From Podarcis melisellensis (taxonomy: Eukaryota), in assembly GCA_964234715.1 (NCBI GenBank), contig OZ174290.1: a stretch of DNA of 64,000 nucleotides; one strand, written 5' to 3'. Made by a program: the position numbers and the translations under genes. Shown here one piece after another: positions 23,991 to 37,293 of this stretch. The stretch's first letter is position 1, and each line of letters starts with the position of its first letter. The notes below the pieces were generated by a model. That model did not search any database. It was given only the letters and a program-made list of their open reading frames with translations, and was not told the origin of the DNA.

Positions 23991-26900
23991 GATATCCTTG
24001 CTGTTAGTGGTGTCGCGGGGGGCGGGCAGGGTGCCTCTGAGCGTGTGTGGAGTGCTCTTTTCCCCTCAACCAGCTTGCCTGGGCAGGGCTTTTGTCTCGG
24101 TAAGCGGACACGAGTTTTGGGTAAGATGCACCCATGGCTCGCCTTCTGCCAAAGTCTGAAGGCATTCCTCCTCTCCGTCCCGTGGGTTTATTCATGTTAA
24201 GAACATAAGGCGATGCCTGATGAAAGCATTGGCTCAGCCAGTTCAGTGTTGCCTACATCGTGGTGACTGAGTTGTCATCCTTGCTGCAGACCATGGCCAT
24301 TGCCCAAACTGACGGCAGTTAAAAGTCCAGCAACATCTGGGCAAACACAGGTTAGGTAGGCACTCTGAGTCTATGATGACCAACAGACAGAAAGTAGAAG
24401 CCTTTACCTACTTGGAGGTTCTAGGGATTGAATCTAGAATCCTTTGTATGCAAAGCAGGTGCTTCACCACCAGCCTTTGACCCAGCTCAGATATGCAGGT
24501 CTTGTTCAGTGGGTGGGAGGCAGCTGCGGAAACAATTTGAGTTCCATCATGGAAGAAAGATGGGATATAAACATAGTGCGATAAAAGATTTTAATAGCAA
24601 ACCACTGAGCCTTCCATGCCTTCTGCTCTCTTATGGGGAGGACTCCTTAACTCAGACCTACATATGGAAGGGCAGATATGGTTCCTGCTGCGCAACCTTG
24701 AGCTCAGCAGCTTCCAAGCTTATAAGCTGAGAGTGACACATCTCTACCAGTTGAAGCAGCACAGCATCTTGGCTTCAGTTGGGGAGGATGAAGAAGGTAT
24801 TAACCCTTTGGTAAGTTGGTTTGAGGGAAGCTGGACTTTTCTGTTTGATAGAAAGCATTTGCGAGATTAGTTGTAGGGAAGGAGGAGTCTTCTGTGATGA
24901 CAAGGCTGAGATAAGTGTGGGCCACCAGTTCTTCAAAACGTTGCTGCTGGAATCTAGGAATTTTAAATATTTATTTGTCACCTAAGACTTTAACTCAGGT
25001 GTTCAGGAATTTTGGCTTTTTTGTATTTTTCTGACTTGCGCATACAGTCATACCTCATGTTATGTCCGCTTCATGTTACGTTCTTTTCAGGTTACTTCCT
25101 GCGGCGACCTGGAGTACCGGAAAGGGTTACTTCCGGGTTTTGCTGCTCGCGCATGCGCAGAAGCGCAAAATAATGTCACGTGCATGGGCAGAAGCGGCAA
25201 ATTGCAACCTGCCGTGAGCAGATGCACCACTGCGGGTTACGATCTTTTCATGTTGTGAGCGGGCCTCCAGAACGGATCCTGTTTGCAACCAGAGATACCA
25301 TTGTGTTTGGCTTAAGCCTAATCAAAAGAAGGGTGTCTTGCTCCTTCTGCCTATTTGCCCTGCAGTGACTTTCTGCTAGGAGAGCAAATGTGGCTCCTTT
25401 CTTTCCACAGCAGCTATGTCTGCACTCCTGGTCCCAGAGTTTGACTGGAGAAAGGGGGAAATGTGCACCTTATATGCACAGTAGCACTTACTTTTAGATA
25501 AGAAGGGAATCGGTCCAACTTGTGGTGGTTTTCCTCAACAAGCCCCCTATAATAACTTGTAGGTCAAAGTCTGGAATCTAGAGAAGCGTGATGGTGGGAA
25601 TCCTCTGTGCACCAGGATTTTCCCTGCAATACCAGGCAACAAGCCTACAGTTGTGTCCTGCCTCACAGTCCATGAGAATCTCAACTTCATGGCCATTGGT
25701 AAGTGGAAATGAAATTGCTGCTGTGAGTTACAGACATAAAATCATAAAGGAGAAATTGATCTACTTTGTTTTGGGGAGAGTACTCCCCTGTCTTTTCATA
25801 TTAATCTAATTCAGCTTTCCATTTGGTGGACTTACCTGATGTCTTCCGATGGCAGAGAATGCCTGCTTTTTCCCAGGGTGTCTCTTGGAATGCAGCATTC
25901 ACCCTTTCCCATTTCTGCTGTAGGCTTTACAGATGGGAGCGTTGTGCTCACTAAAGGGGACATCACGAGAGATCGGCACAGCAAAAGTCAGATCCTTCAT
26001 GAAGGCAGTTACCCAATTACAGGCCTTGCCTTCCGTCAGTCTGGCAAAACAACACATCTGTTTGTTGCCACCACAGAGAACATCCAGGTAAGATGTTTGG
26101 TTGACCACCAGGGGTGTGTGTGTGTGTCATTCCCTGCTCCATCCCAGTATCTGAGCTATTCTTGTGGCTTTCCAAGCTTCATTGTGTCCTCTTCCTTGTG
26201 GACTTTGCAGTGTTACACACTTTCAGTGAAGGATTATCCGAAGCTAGAATTGGATACACGTGGCTGTGGGCTGCGCTGCTCCACACTCAGCGATCCCTCC
26301 CAGGACCTCCAGTTCATTGTGGCAGGAGATGAATGTGTATATCTGTACCAGCCAGATGAGCGTGGACCCTGCTTTGCCTTTGAAGGCCAGAAGCTGATAG
26401 CCCACTGGTATCGGGGCTACCTTGTCATTGTTTCCAAGGAACGGAAGCCTTCTCCAAAGTAAGACAGAGCTGCAAGACAGAATAACTTGTTGAATTGTTT
26501 TCCTTTGGCCTCTTAAAAACTCGGGGTGTGGGATCTGGGTAAAGGTGGTTGCTGTGAAATTATTTATTGCTTCTGGTTAGGTAATCTTCTGTAGGAGAGA
26601 GCAGTAGAAAGCCATTGTGTGTTCATGGGATTTCTTTTTGGCCTTCCAATCCCTATTTGCAGGCAGTGTTAAATCTGGCTTTCCAGCTTCCTATCAGATT
26701 TCAGATTTTCTGAATACCGTGGTACCTCGCAAGACGAATGCCTCGGAAGACGAAAAACTCGCAAGACGAAAGAGTTTTTCATTTTTAGAGTTGCTTCACA
26801 AGACGATTTTGCCTATGGGCTTGCTTCGCAAGACGAAACGTCTTGCGAGTTTGTTTCCTTTTTCTTAAAACTTTTTCTTAAAACGGTGCACCCGTGCTTC

Positions 26901-29900
26901 GCAAGACGAAAAATCCGCAAGACGAATAAACTCGCAGAACGAATTAATTTCGTCTTGCGAGGTACCACTGTATGCTGAGTGGGATATGTACAAGTAATCT
27001 TGAGAATGTGATGACTGTCATGAAAGGCTGGAAGGTCCAAATGGATGAGTGCAGGGGTTGGGGTTGGGTAGGGAAACCCTACTTTGCAGCAAGGCAATAT
27101 GTGTTGGAAATCAAGCCTTTATCAGGAGAAACTGGCAACTCTCCCAGGCGCCCGGCATGATTCCCTGTTGACCTCCCTGGCTGCATTCCCCAGCAAGATC
27201 CAGGCGAGGTCTCGATAGGCGATTCTTCTCAAACGTGAGAAGAACACACCTCCTCTTTCCTGCCCCCTGGCAGGGGAAAGAGATAGACAGAAACGTATTT
27301 ACATGCCTTTATTTCTGTCTTTGCAGTCCCAACATTCCCATTATGTTTTGCTTTCAAGCTAGCAGTTTGCAGCTGCATTGCTTCTATATCGTAACAATAT
27401 GTTGTGCTATCCAAGGCTCAGAAATAGTTAGGTTGACGTACATATCGTGGGGGAGAAATAGGAGGCAGATGCAGTTTATACATTGGAATGCAAAAGCTTG
27501 GTCATTAGTTTTTTAGATTCATCAGGTACTCACAGAGGGCTCTGCCAGCTGACTTTAACGTTTGCCTGGAAATGTTAAGTAAGCAGTTTGAGACTCTCTG
27601 AGGCTGTGAGTGTGGACCATTCTTTCATCCAGTGCACAAAAGGGAACTCCTGACCTGTGAGTGAAAGTTAAAAGACTATCTCTGAGGCTGTCCCTCACTC
27701 TTTGCTCCTCTGTACTCCAGATCGGAATTTGCTGGGAGTGATCCACAAAACTCCGACAAGCAGATCCTGAATATTTATGATTTGGGCAACAAGTTCATTG
27801 CATACAGCTCTGTCTTTGACGACGTGGTGGATGTCCTGGCTGAGTGGGGGTGCCTCTATGTGCTGACCAGAGATGGGAAGCTCCATGCACTGCAGGAGAA
27901 GGACACGCAAACCAAGCTTGAGGCAAGGGACCTTGGTCGCTTCTTCCTTCTCTGTGGTTAGTGGGGTTCTGAGGTGCAAAACTTATTCACAGCTGCCTGC
28001 AGCCCAGACGTTGCCCTACACCAGACCATTTGGACTGCAAATACCATCAGTTCCAGCATCATACACCTGTGCTGCCTGGAGCTGATGGGGTGCTCTAGCC
28101 CCAACCATTTGGAGGGCTCCAGTTTATGGGAGGTTGGTGTGGTCTGCTGTTGCTCCGTAGGGAGCATGAGTAAGGAGCTGGAAGTGACTCTGAACTAGCA
28201 TCTGTGCCATGTGGCACAGAGGGGAGGGAGCAGCTGTGGCCTAGAGCCCCTTGTTTCTCCTCTTACAGTTACGAAAGCTGCAAATGTGTGTCATTATTCA
28301 TTCACAAAACAATACATCAGCATGCATTCCATACTTGAGGACCCCAGTAATTAAGCAGCTCTCCGTGGAACAATAGTTATGAATAGTCAATATTACCCTT
28401 AAAACCCTGTTGTTCCCATCAACATTTGTAAGCAAGCAAGCACTTCTCTTCCAACAGATGCTCTTCAGGAAGAACCTCTTTGAAATGGCCATTCACCTGG
28501 CCAGGAGCCACCACCTGGATAGTGACGGCTTGTCTGAGATCTTTCGCCAATATGGAGACCATCTATATAACAAGGGAAACCACGATGGCGCCATTCAGCA
28601 ATATATTCGGTAGGCAGGATAGGGGAGTTTTGGCCCTCCTTCCCTCCCTCCCTTTCCATTACAGCCATGTTGGGGTGAGAAGAAAGACCAGAGGCCTTGC
28701 TATCTAAGCATCTGGGTAGCACAAATCTGGATTTTTTAATCTGACCAACCTGCCACCTTCTTGTTGGCTTCCTTTCTGAATTGCTTCACCGGGGAATTCA
28801 TCATGAGATGGGAACTAAATCCATCCAAATGTGGTTTGCAAACACACAGAGCCCTGGTGAGCTCTGGCACATCTAAATGAAGTTTGGCTCTCTGGATCTC
28901 AGTGGACTGGGATTTATTTACTGAGATAGTATATAGGGAATGCCTATCTATCTGTGGTTGCTCCTGGCTTTTCAGATTGTGAGGTGCTTATCAGCAGATT
29001 GCACTACCTTTGGCAATGTGAGGGGCAGACCAAGATAATTTTCCAGCCCCAAATTGTGAGAACTACAAGTTTTGATTTCCACCCACTTGATTTCCACTCT
29101 GCCCAATTAATTTGGCACTCCAAGCCACCTCCTCTCCCCTTGCCCTACTTGTGTTGGAAATTGTGGCTGCACCTTCTGATATTCTGTAGAACCAGATGCG
29201 AGGTTGGGCTTACATGCACACTTTCTCATCTTCTCTCTTGGCTTTTGACTACCTGGAATAGGGTCCTCATGGGGTCCTCTTTCTCCCTAGTACCATTGGG
29301 AAACTAGAGCCATCCTACGTCATCCGCAAGTTCTTGGATGCTCAGAGGATACACAACCTGACTGCGTACTTGCAGACGCTCCACCTGCAGTCATTGGCCA
29401 ACGCAGACCACACGACACTGCTGCTGAATTGCTACACCAAGCTGAAAGACATATCCAAGCTTGAGGAGTTCATCAAGGTACAACAGGGAAGGGTGTGGAT
29501 GCCCTGGCGCGCTGGCTCCTCCTTCCGCATTATGCCTCAATGGGCTTGTGTGCTTGAGCAGCCATCCTCCAACTTTTGGTGCCTGCCTGCTCCACATTCC
29601 TAGTGCAGAGATTGAGAGAGCCTGACAGGTAATTGAAGGACCCTTCATTTGGCTGCTTTAGGTTGGGTGGGTGCTTTCCTCCAGTCCTGGAGTTGAGAAG
29701 GATCAGAAGTCTTCCCTTTGCAGGAAGAGAAGCTTATTTCTTTTTAACCTCATAGGAAGCAGAGGCTTTCTCTTTGTCTCAGGGGGCAACCTGCTGCCTC
29801 TGGCTCCAGCCATAATATATTACGGTTTCATGGGAGAGATACAGAGGCATTCCTCTTTCTCAGTAGACATGCCCCTTCTGAATGCCTTCTTTGCTTTGTC

Positions 29901-32900
29901 CTCCCCTACACAGACCAGTGAGAGCGAGGTGCACTTTGATGTGGAGACAGCCATCAAGGTTCTGCGCCAGGCAGGCTGCTACTCCCACGCCGTGTACCTG
30001 GCTGAGAAGCATGCGCACCACGAGTGGTACCTCAAGATCCAGCTGGAGGATATCAAGGTGAGGCCAAACAGCCTGCCTGGTGCTGAGCTTCACTTACAGC
30101 TTTTAAAGCTGACTTCTTGGAGTGCATCTGGATGCTGGACAAACCTGAGAGGCGCTTTGGCTCGGGAGGGGTGTGTGTGATGACCATGCTTCTCTACATT
30201 CTCCCTTTTTTGCACTGGGGATAGTAGTGTCCACAGTTTGGGACTGTGTACATCTGTTTTCCCACATGGCAGACAAAGAGGCATTAGACTAGCGTAAGGG
30301 TGGGTAACTTGCCGGCTCCCGTGGGTCTTTCACTAGGCCTGTTACGAACACTTTCTTAGTTGTTAAATGTTTTGGGGTCTCAAGGCTGCAGCAGCAAGTT
30401 CAAAAGGGCTTGCCATGATTTTTACATTAAGTGGAGCGGCTGCTCCTGTGCTGCATTTTGCAAGAGGAGCTGTGTGACTTGTTGCCATGGAGAATAAAAG
30501 GCAGGACTGTACACTGCTTAGCTCTTTTTCCTTATTATTATTATTTATTGAATTTCACAAAAAACAAACAGACAGACTGACAAAAACCTTTAACATAGAC
30601 CATATATTATGGTATATTATCAATTGACTTTTCATCCTCCCCTTCTATGGTTTCCACATTTACCCTTGAATGCTGCATATTTTACATATACTATCCAATA
30701 CAGTCATACCTTGGAAGTCGAACAGAATCTGAAGTCCGTTCAACTTCCAAAACGTTCAGAAACCAAAGTGTGACTTCTGATTGGCTACAGGAAGTTCCTG
30801 CAGCCAGTCAGAAGCCGCGCTGGACTTTCGGCTTCTGAAAATCGTTCGGAAACCGGAACACTCACTTCTGGTTTTTGATCGTTTGAGAGCCGAAACGTAC
30901 GAGTTCCAATGCGTTTGGCAACCAAGGTACGACTGTACATCCATGTTAACCTATTTATCTTAATAATGAACGCTGTTGCTCATATTTCAAGTCCTGCTCG
31001 CGTTTTCATCTCACTATAGGTAGTTCTTCAAATACTTAGTTCTAACCCCAAGATACAGGGGAACTGGGCTCTCCTTCTGAAGTTGGCTCAGCCTGTCTTG
31101 CCCTGGGAATATTATCCATGCTGGTTTCAGAAGCCCTCTTCAGGTGTCCTATCAGCACGTAGAATATTACTGGTGGAGGGGGGGCATGGGGATGGGAGTG
31201 CTAGCTCTGCCCCCCTCATTTTCATTCCTGTTGCCCTCCTCCAAGTTGGAGGCCAATTGTCTGAAGCTCTGAGCTTCTTGTACTTGTTGAGGCTCCCTGT
31301 GTACTTTTAAACTCCGAAGTCAGGGTTCTAAAATGCATTGGAGAGTTTCCTTGAGTACAGGAGGCTCCCCGCTTTGCAAGGTCAGCATCCAGCATGCGGA
31401 GGACCCACAGGAACGGTGGTGAGAGGGGCAGAGCTGGCAAACTTATCTCACAAACTTTCCATGTGTGATGGTTCTGCAGCACACATTTCCCTGTGTGTTT
31501 TGGACTACAGTTCCCATCAGCCCCCATCATCACACAGCTGTTGTGCTGGTTAGGAATAAGGAGAGTTATCCTGCAAAACATGCAGAGGGCACCCGGTTTG
31601 GGAAAGCTGTTCTGCTTGAAGGCAGAAGGCCAACACATTGGCTCCAGAGCAACCTCTCTCTCCTATCCCCTGTCCTTCTCTTGTGCAGAACTACCAGGAA
31701 GCCCTGCGCTACATCGGGAAGCTGCCCTTTGAGCAGGCCGAGAGCAACATGAAGCGGTACGGCAAGATCCTCATGCATCACGTCCCGAATGAGACCACTG
31801 AGCTCCTGAAGGTCCTGTGCACGAACTACCAGCCGGTGGGGGATCGTGAGGGTCCTGGAGCACTGGAAGGGAGGAAGGTATCGGCTGGATTTGGGGTGGT
31901 GTGTATGTGTGTGTGTGTGTGTTGCTGCCTGTTGCTTGTGCAGCTGAGGGTGGTGCTCACCAAGGAGAGCAGGGGGATGAGGAGTAATAGGCATTAAGTG
32001 AACAAAATGCTAAGTGTAAAATACAGTCTGGGCAAGCAGGCTCAGTGGTGATAGCCTGCAGGGTATTGTGGGGGAGAAAAAGAGTCATAGAACTGTAGAG
32101 TTGGAAGGGACCATTGGGGTCATCTTGTCCAACCCCTGTTGCCCAAAGTGGGGTTCAAACCCACAACCCTGAGATTAAGAGCCTCATGCTCTACCGACTG
32201 AACTGGTTGGATGGCAGGAATGTTGAACAACCTCTGGGAGGCAGCAAAGGGCTCAGACCTGTGTGGCTTCCAGAGTTTTTGCTTGTCTGGTTGCTTTTTA
32301 GATAAGCCATTCTCCCCATACAAACAGACACACATACCGTATTTTTCGTCCCATAGGACGCACCTAGTTTTTTTGAGGGGAAATAAAGGGAATTTCCCCC
32401 CCTTTATTTCCCTCCCAAAAGCAGGTCGGGGAAACCGAACCAGGTCGAGGGACAGCGGGATGGCGGCGCTGCGCCTCCCTGCTGTCCTCCGAGCTTGTGG
32501 GGCTGGCCGATGTCTGCCCGGCGCGAGGGGCGCCCTGAAGCCCGCCGGCGGCAGGCTGCTATCCGCAGGGCTCCCCACGCTGCGGATGTCTGTCTGGCGC
32601 GCGGGGCGCTCTGCTGCGGATGTCTTCCTGAAGCCTGGAGAGCGAGAGGGGTCGGTGCGCACCGAGCCCTCTTGCTCTCCAAGCTTCAGCGAAAGCCTGC
32701 ATTCGCCCCATAGGACCCACCCAGATTTCCCCTTCATTTTTGGAGGGGAAAAAGTGCGTCCTATAGAGCGAAAAATATGGTACCTCATACCAGGTTTATT
32801 GCAATAGCACTTGCTGATACTTGCTGTGTCCTGAGCACCAGCCAGTCTTTGCTAGGCTCCTTGTAGGGCAGGTGTGGGGAGTCACTGACCCTCCAGGTGT

Positions 32901-35900
32901 TGCTGAACTACAGCTCCCATCATCTCTGGCCATTTGCTTGCTGGGGCTGGTGGGAGTTGTAGTTCAGCGACGTCTGGAGAGCCAAAGGTTCCCCACATGT
33001 GTTGTGGGGGGAGCTCTGGGACATCTGGGGCTGCAGAAGATTCTGCCAGGAGAACTGAGACACAGAATGTTCCATCTAGGCTGGCTGCTGCCTGCCTTTC
33101 CCCACTCTCTTCTCTCTTTGTAATATAGGCAAATCCTGATGAGTTCATTCCCATTTTTGCCAACAACTCCCGGGAGCTGAAGGCCTTCCTAGAGCACATG
33201 TCAGAAGTGCAGCCAGACTCTCCACAGGGCGTGTACGACACACTGCTGGAGCTCCGCCTCCAGAACTGGGCGCATGAGCAGGATCCACAGGTCAGTCCTC
33301 CATCCGCTTGGGGTCAAATTTCTAGTTGTGCCCAGGGGAGGTTGACTGGTGGAAGCCATTGGCAGCAAGGTCTTGGGTGACCTGCCTGGTGAAAATCTGG
33401 CTGGCAAGAGAGAAAAGCCCAATTCATGGGGCTCTGGTTCAAGGTGTCTGTGACACAGGTGGCTAACCCATCTTTTGGCCTGAGTGCCACATTGAACCTT
33501 GGTCAACCTTCACAGGGGGCAAGGAACTGCGTTCCAGGGGTGGATGCTCACCAGATACTATCTGTTGCCTGCACACACAAACACAGCTGATCTATGCAGA
33601 AAACTGCGAAGTGGAGATTATCTTTTCCTCTCTGTACACCAAATGACCAGTTGGATGACCAGGAACAGGACAGTCTGCACCCACACAAACACCCAATTAG
33701 GGCCCACCCACCACACAGCAGTATGTCTGTTTCATCATTATTTTCTGCCAAAGTTGGAGGGTTATTGGGGCAGTGCCAGAACAGTTGCTTGGAGGTGTGT
33801 GTCTGGATCAGACTCTTGAAATGAAGCGTAGCCACCCTTGTCCTTTGCCCATCTCCTAATTCTTGATCCTGGGATTATCCAGCAAAGCTGAATAGTGGGA
33901 GATTCAGGGCAGAGAAATGGGAAGATGGAACACAAAATACGGAATCCACACCATGATTTAGTGATGATTACCAGCTTGAATGGCTTCAAAAAAGGATTAG
34001 ACACATTCATGGAGGGCAATGCTATTATTCCTGATGGTTGCATGCTCTTTCCAGAATCATTGGGCAAGAGCAGGAATGTGCTTCTGTTGCATTTAGCTCT
34101 CCTTGCATTATGTCATCTGGTTGGCCACTGTAAGAACAGGATACTGGACTGGATGGGCCTCCTTTGGCCTGATCCAGTTGCTGCAGAGCTCTGCTTATTA
34201 GCTTGATGTTTTCTTGGCTTTGGGCTCCGTGTAGGTCAAAGAGAGGCTGCACAACGAAGCCATTTCCTTGCTGAAGAGTGGGAAGTTTCGGAGCGTCTTT
34301 GACAAGGCTTTGGTCCTGTGCCAGATGCACAACTTCAAGGATGGTGTCCTGTACCTCTATGAACAGGGCAAGCTGTGAGTCTAGAGGCACCAGCAGCCTC
34401 CTACTCTTTGTGGGGGTTGGAAGAGGGTTTCTGGAGCTTCCCCAATGAGGAGGGTGCTGGATATTGTAGACCAGGCTTTGCAGCCTATGTGCAGGTTTTG
34501 GACCTGGTTGATCTGTGCCCAGGCTATGTAGCTAAGGAAGGTTTGGAGAGCAGCAGGTGGGCTCAAGGGCATTATATGTGGCCTCCTGCTGGAAAGAGCC
34601 CTCTTCTCTCTTCCTCCCCCAGTTTCCAGCAGATCATGCACTACCACATGCAGAACGAGCAGTACAAGAAGGTGGTGGAAGTCTGTGAGCTGTACGGAGA
34701 CCAGGAGGCCTGCCTTTGGGAACAAGCCCTCGGCTACTTCGCCCACAAGGAGGAGGACTGCAAAGAGTACATCACAGCTGTGCTCAAGCACATTGAGACC
34801 AAGAATCTCATGCCGCCCCTGCTGGGTGAGGGAGGTTCCACTTCCAGGCGGGGGGTGGCTGAGGCTGTCTCTTTGAGAGGCTTGACTTTGGGAAGCTTCT
34901 GGGGTGGATAGAGCTGGGAATTAAAACCAGTCTCTCAAGCAAAAGAGCTGCTAGTTAAATCCAGGGCTCCCTTCAGCCTCTCCCTTTATGAGAATGACCT
35001 GCCTTCCAAGACCCTATGGAGGCCAGATGCTGCTCTTACTCTTGACGCCAGTGATGCTTTTGGCTGAAGGTTTATTTGTTTTTCTGAACCACCCTTTATC
35101 AATGGATAACAAGTTTAAATTGCCCTCTTTTTCTGTGGTGATCACACAGGGTCCCTGAATGTTTCACCATCTATTGATCCCTGTGCCACCACTTTATTTC
35201 TCGCTGCCACCACCCAGGCCCTACCTGGGACAATACTGAGTCCAGTCGGGGTTAAATTGAAACAAAAACTTTTGTTTATTTATTGCAGTTTAACAAGCAT
35301 GTGGTTTCATAAACGGTATCTGTCAATTACATTCATGGGGTGCCTATCCAGACCTATAACTTTTGCTACCTGCTTTCACACACTAAACCACCTCTCAGAT
35401 ATATACTTGTCTGCCTAGCCCCTAACTGTTCCTGACTCAGCCTATTTCGCTGCACTAACTCACCCTACCCACAACTCTAGCCCAATTCACTCCCACTCCA
35501 ACCAACCACCCAACTAACTCCCCAATGAACTCTCCCCTTTGCCTCTCCCAGAGCTGGTTTTATAGTCCCACAGACTCCACCCCCAGGTCCTGATTGGGCA
35601 GTCTGTTTAACTATTTCACCTCCAACACTCTCTCATATGTTAACGTCACAATGCTGCTCTTACTCTTGACGCCAGTGATGCTTTTGGCTGAAGGTTTATT
35701 TGTTTATCTGATCCACCCTTTGTCAATGGATAACAAGTTTAAATTGTCCTTTGCTATCTGAATCTTGGCCGTTAAAGGGTCTGAAGTGTTTTGGAATGGG
35801 ACAGAGAATGCTGAAGGGCCCCTCCCCTGTGGTTTGAAGGGACAAGGTAGATTTGTGCTCACCCAGCTGTACTATAAATTGCCCCACTCCCTCTCCTTCC

Positions 35901-37293
35901 CTGTGCTGATGGATTGCCCCCTCTGTCCAGTTGTGCAGACTCTGGCTCACAACTCCACAGCCACCCTGTCTGTCATCAAGGATTACCTGGTCAGCAAGCT
36001 GCAGAAGCAGAGCCGCCAGATTGAGCAGGACGAGCAGAGGATTCAGAAGTACCGGGAGGAGACTAAGCGGATCCGCAAGGAAATCGAGGAGCTCAAAAGC
36101 AGGTAGACGCAGTCCATGTTGCTGGGCCTGTCTGACCTCCATAAGACGCGGCTTCCAGAGGGAGCAAGACATCACCACATGCCACTTTCCTGCCTTCTGC
36201 TCATTGTGCTCTGTTTGGTGGTGCAGTGTGATGAACAAGTCCAGGTGGTTCCTTGGAAGCGATTGAGATGGATCGGGGAGGGACTCCAAAGGCGACTTCA
36301 TTCATCTGCCAGGCTTCCAGAGTACAGCTGCTGTTTACTTACAGCTGCTGTAGCAATCCTGGAATCCAGGGCAGGGGAGAAGCTTGATGCTCAAGTGCAA
36401 TGTGGGCATCATCGGAATGTGTTGCTGTTGCTTCTGCACATTGTGTGTCCCTGAAAACCATCTCTCTTCCTTGCCCTTCCCTTGTGTGTTTCCTTTTCTC
36501 AGTCCCAAGATCTTCCAGAAGACTAAGTGCAGCATTTGCACCAGTGCCTTGGAGCTGCCCTCAGTTCACTTTCTGTGTGGCCACTCCTTCCACCAGCACT
36601 GCTTTGAGAGCTACTCGGAGAGTGGGTCAGAGTGTCCCACCTGCTTGCCAGAGAACCGCAAAGTCATGGACATGATCCGCGCTCAAGAGCAGAAGCGGGA
36701 CTTGCATGACCAGTTCCAGCACCAGGTGGGGCTCCCTGGCTGGATTTTCAGTCTGGTTTATTATGACACCTTATATCCAACTGGTGGGGAGTGCCCAGCC
36801 CTGCCTGGGATTTTTTAGGGGGGGAATACTGTGTTGTTTTAAATGCGTAGTGTAATTTGTGTTTGAACCCATAACTCTAGATGTTGGGTGAAGACATGCC
36901 AAAGTCATGTTTCGGTCCACCATCTTGGTTCAAAATGGTGTCTGTGCCCAAACACCAACAAAGTCTACTGCCCCACCTCGGGAATCATTGTGCTGAGTTT
37001 GACAATGATATCTCAAGAGGTGGCCGAACATATAGAGGCAAACCATTTTCTAAAATGTATAGTAAATGATAGAATCTCCCACCCCAAACGCCCACGAAAG
37101 TGAAGCTTTTGTTTGTTCCATCTTACAGATGAAATGCTCCAATGACAGCTTTTCTGTGGTTGCGGATTATTTTGGCCGAGGCGTTTTCAACAAGCTCACC
37201 CTCATCACAGACCTTCCTCCGGGCAAATCTGCTGCAGTACTCGATGCGGGCCTGCAGCGTGAGCTGCTGATACACACAAAACGGAGCACTTAG
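23856..37293 (+). CDS. VPS11: Vacuolar protein sorting 11 (CORVET/HOPS core subunit), 923 aa
   Basis: 16 exons: 23856-23991, 24662-24810, 25563-25698, 25924-26087, 26211-26458, 27721-27922, 28458-28609, 29291-29477, 29914-30057, 31689-31877, 33129-33290, 34235-34374, 34623-34825, 35931-36102, 36503-36725, 37129-37293 (2772 nt). N-terminus MAAYLQWRRF, RING-H2 CSICTSALELPSVHFLCGHSFHQHC...CPTC. Intron 1 is AT-AC and intron 6 is GC-AG. Confidence 0.97.
23992..24661 (+). other. U12-type AT-AC intron (VPS11 intron 1)
   Basis: 5' site ATATCCTT, branch point TCCTTAAC (24644-24651), terminal AC. Splicing restores LVFG-D-MEGQIW. Confidence 0.93.
25044..25303. mobile_element. Tc1/mariner (Tigger-like) MITE, decayed
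   Basis: TA-CAGTCATACCTC start with a degenerate inverted end; same end type as 30701-30935. Confidence 0.6.
26717..26970. mobile_element. Tc1/mariner (Tigger/pogo-like) MITE
   Basis: TIRs CCGTGGTACCTCGCAAGACGAA / TTCGTCTTGCGAGGTACCACTG, TA TSDs, many internal CGCAAGACGAA subrepeats. Confidence 0.85.
30701..30935. mobile_element. Tc1/mariner MITE
   Basis: TIRs CAGTCATACCTTGG / CCAAGGTACGACTG with TA TSDs; related decayed copy near 59350-59553. Confidence 0.8.
32085..32204 (-). mobile_element. tRNA-Lys(CTT)-derived SINE with CR1-like tail
   Basis: Minus strand AGTTCAGTCGGTAGAGCATGAGGCTCTTAATCTCAGGGTTGTGGGTTTGAACCCCAC, followed by GTCCCTTCCAACTCTAC. Confidence 0.8.
32337..32780. mobile_element. 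Mariner-type non-autonomous DNA transposon
   Basis: TA-CCGTATTTTTCG...ATAGGACGCAC / GTGCGTCCTATAGAGCGAAAAATATGG-TA, GC-rich core; same end type as 46740-46998. Confidence 0.8.
35134..35650 (-). mobile_element. Solo LTR of an LTR retrotransposon or ERV
   Basis: Minus strand TGTGACG...CACCACA ends, with CCAAT (35593-35597), TATAAAA (35558-35564) and AATAAA (~35275-35284) in LTR order; 517 bp. Confidence 0.7.

Noticed and set aside
26717-26970. Repeated CGCAAGACGAA units resembling a CRISPR-like array
   Set aside because: Irregular spacing, both orientations, and enclosed by TIRs with TA TSDs: these are MITE subterminal repeats.
32140-32204. tRNA-Lys(CTT)-like gene
   Set aside because: The acceptor stem and T-loop are degenerate and it runs into a CR1-like tail, so it is a SINE head. 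The same applies to 22568 and 63034.
32120-32807. 222-aa and 198-aa ORFs in a VPS11 intron
   Set aside because: They span a SINE and the GC-rich core of a MITE; no transposase motifs.
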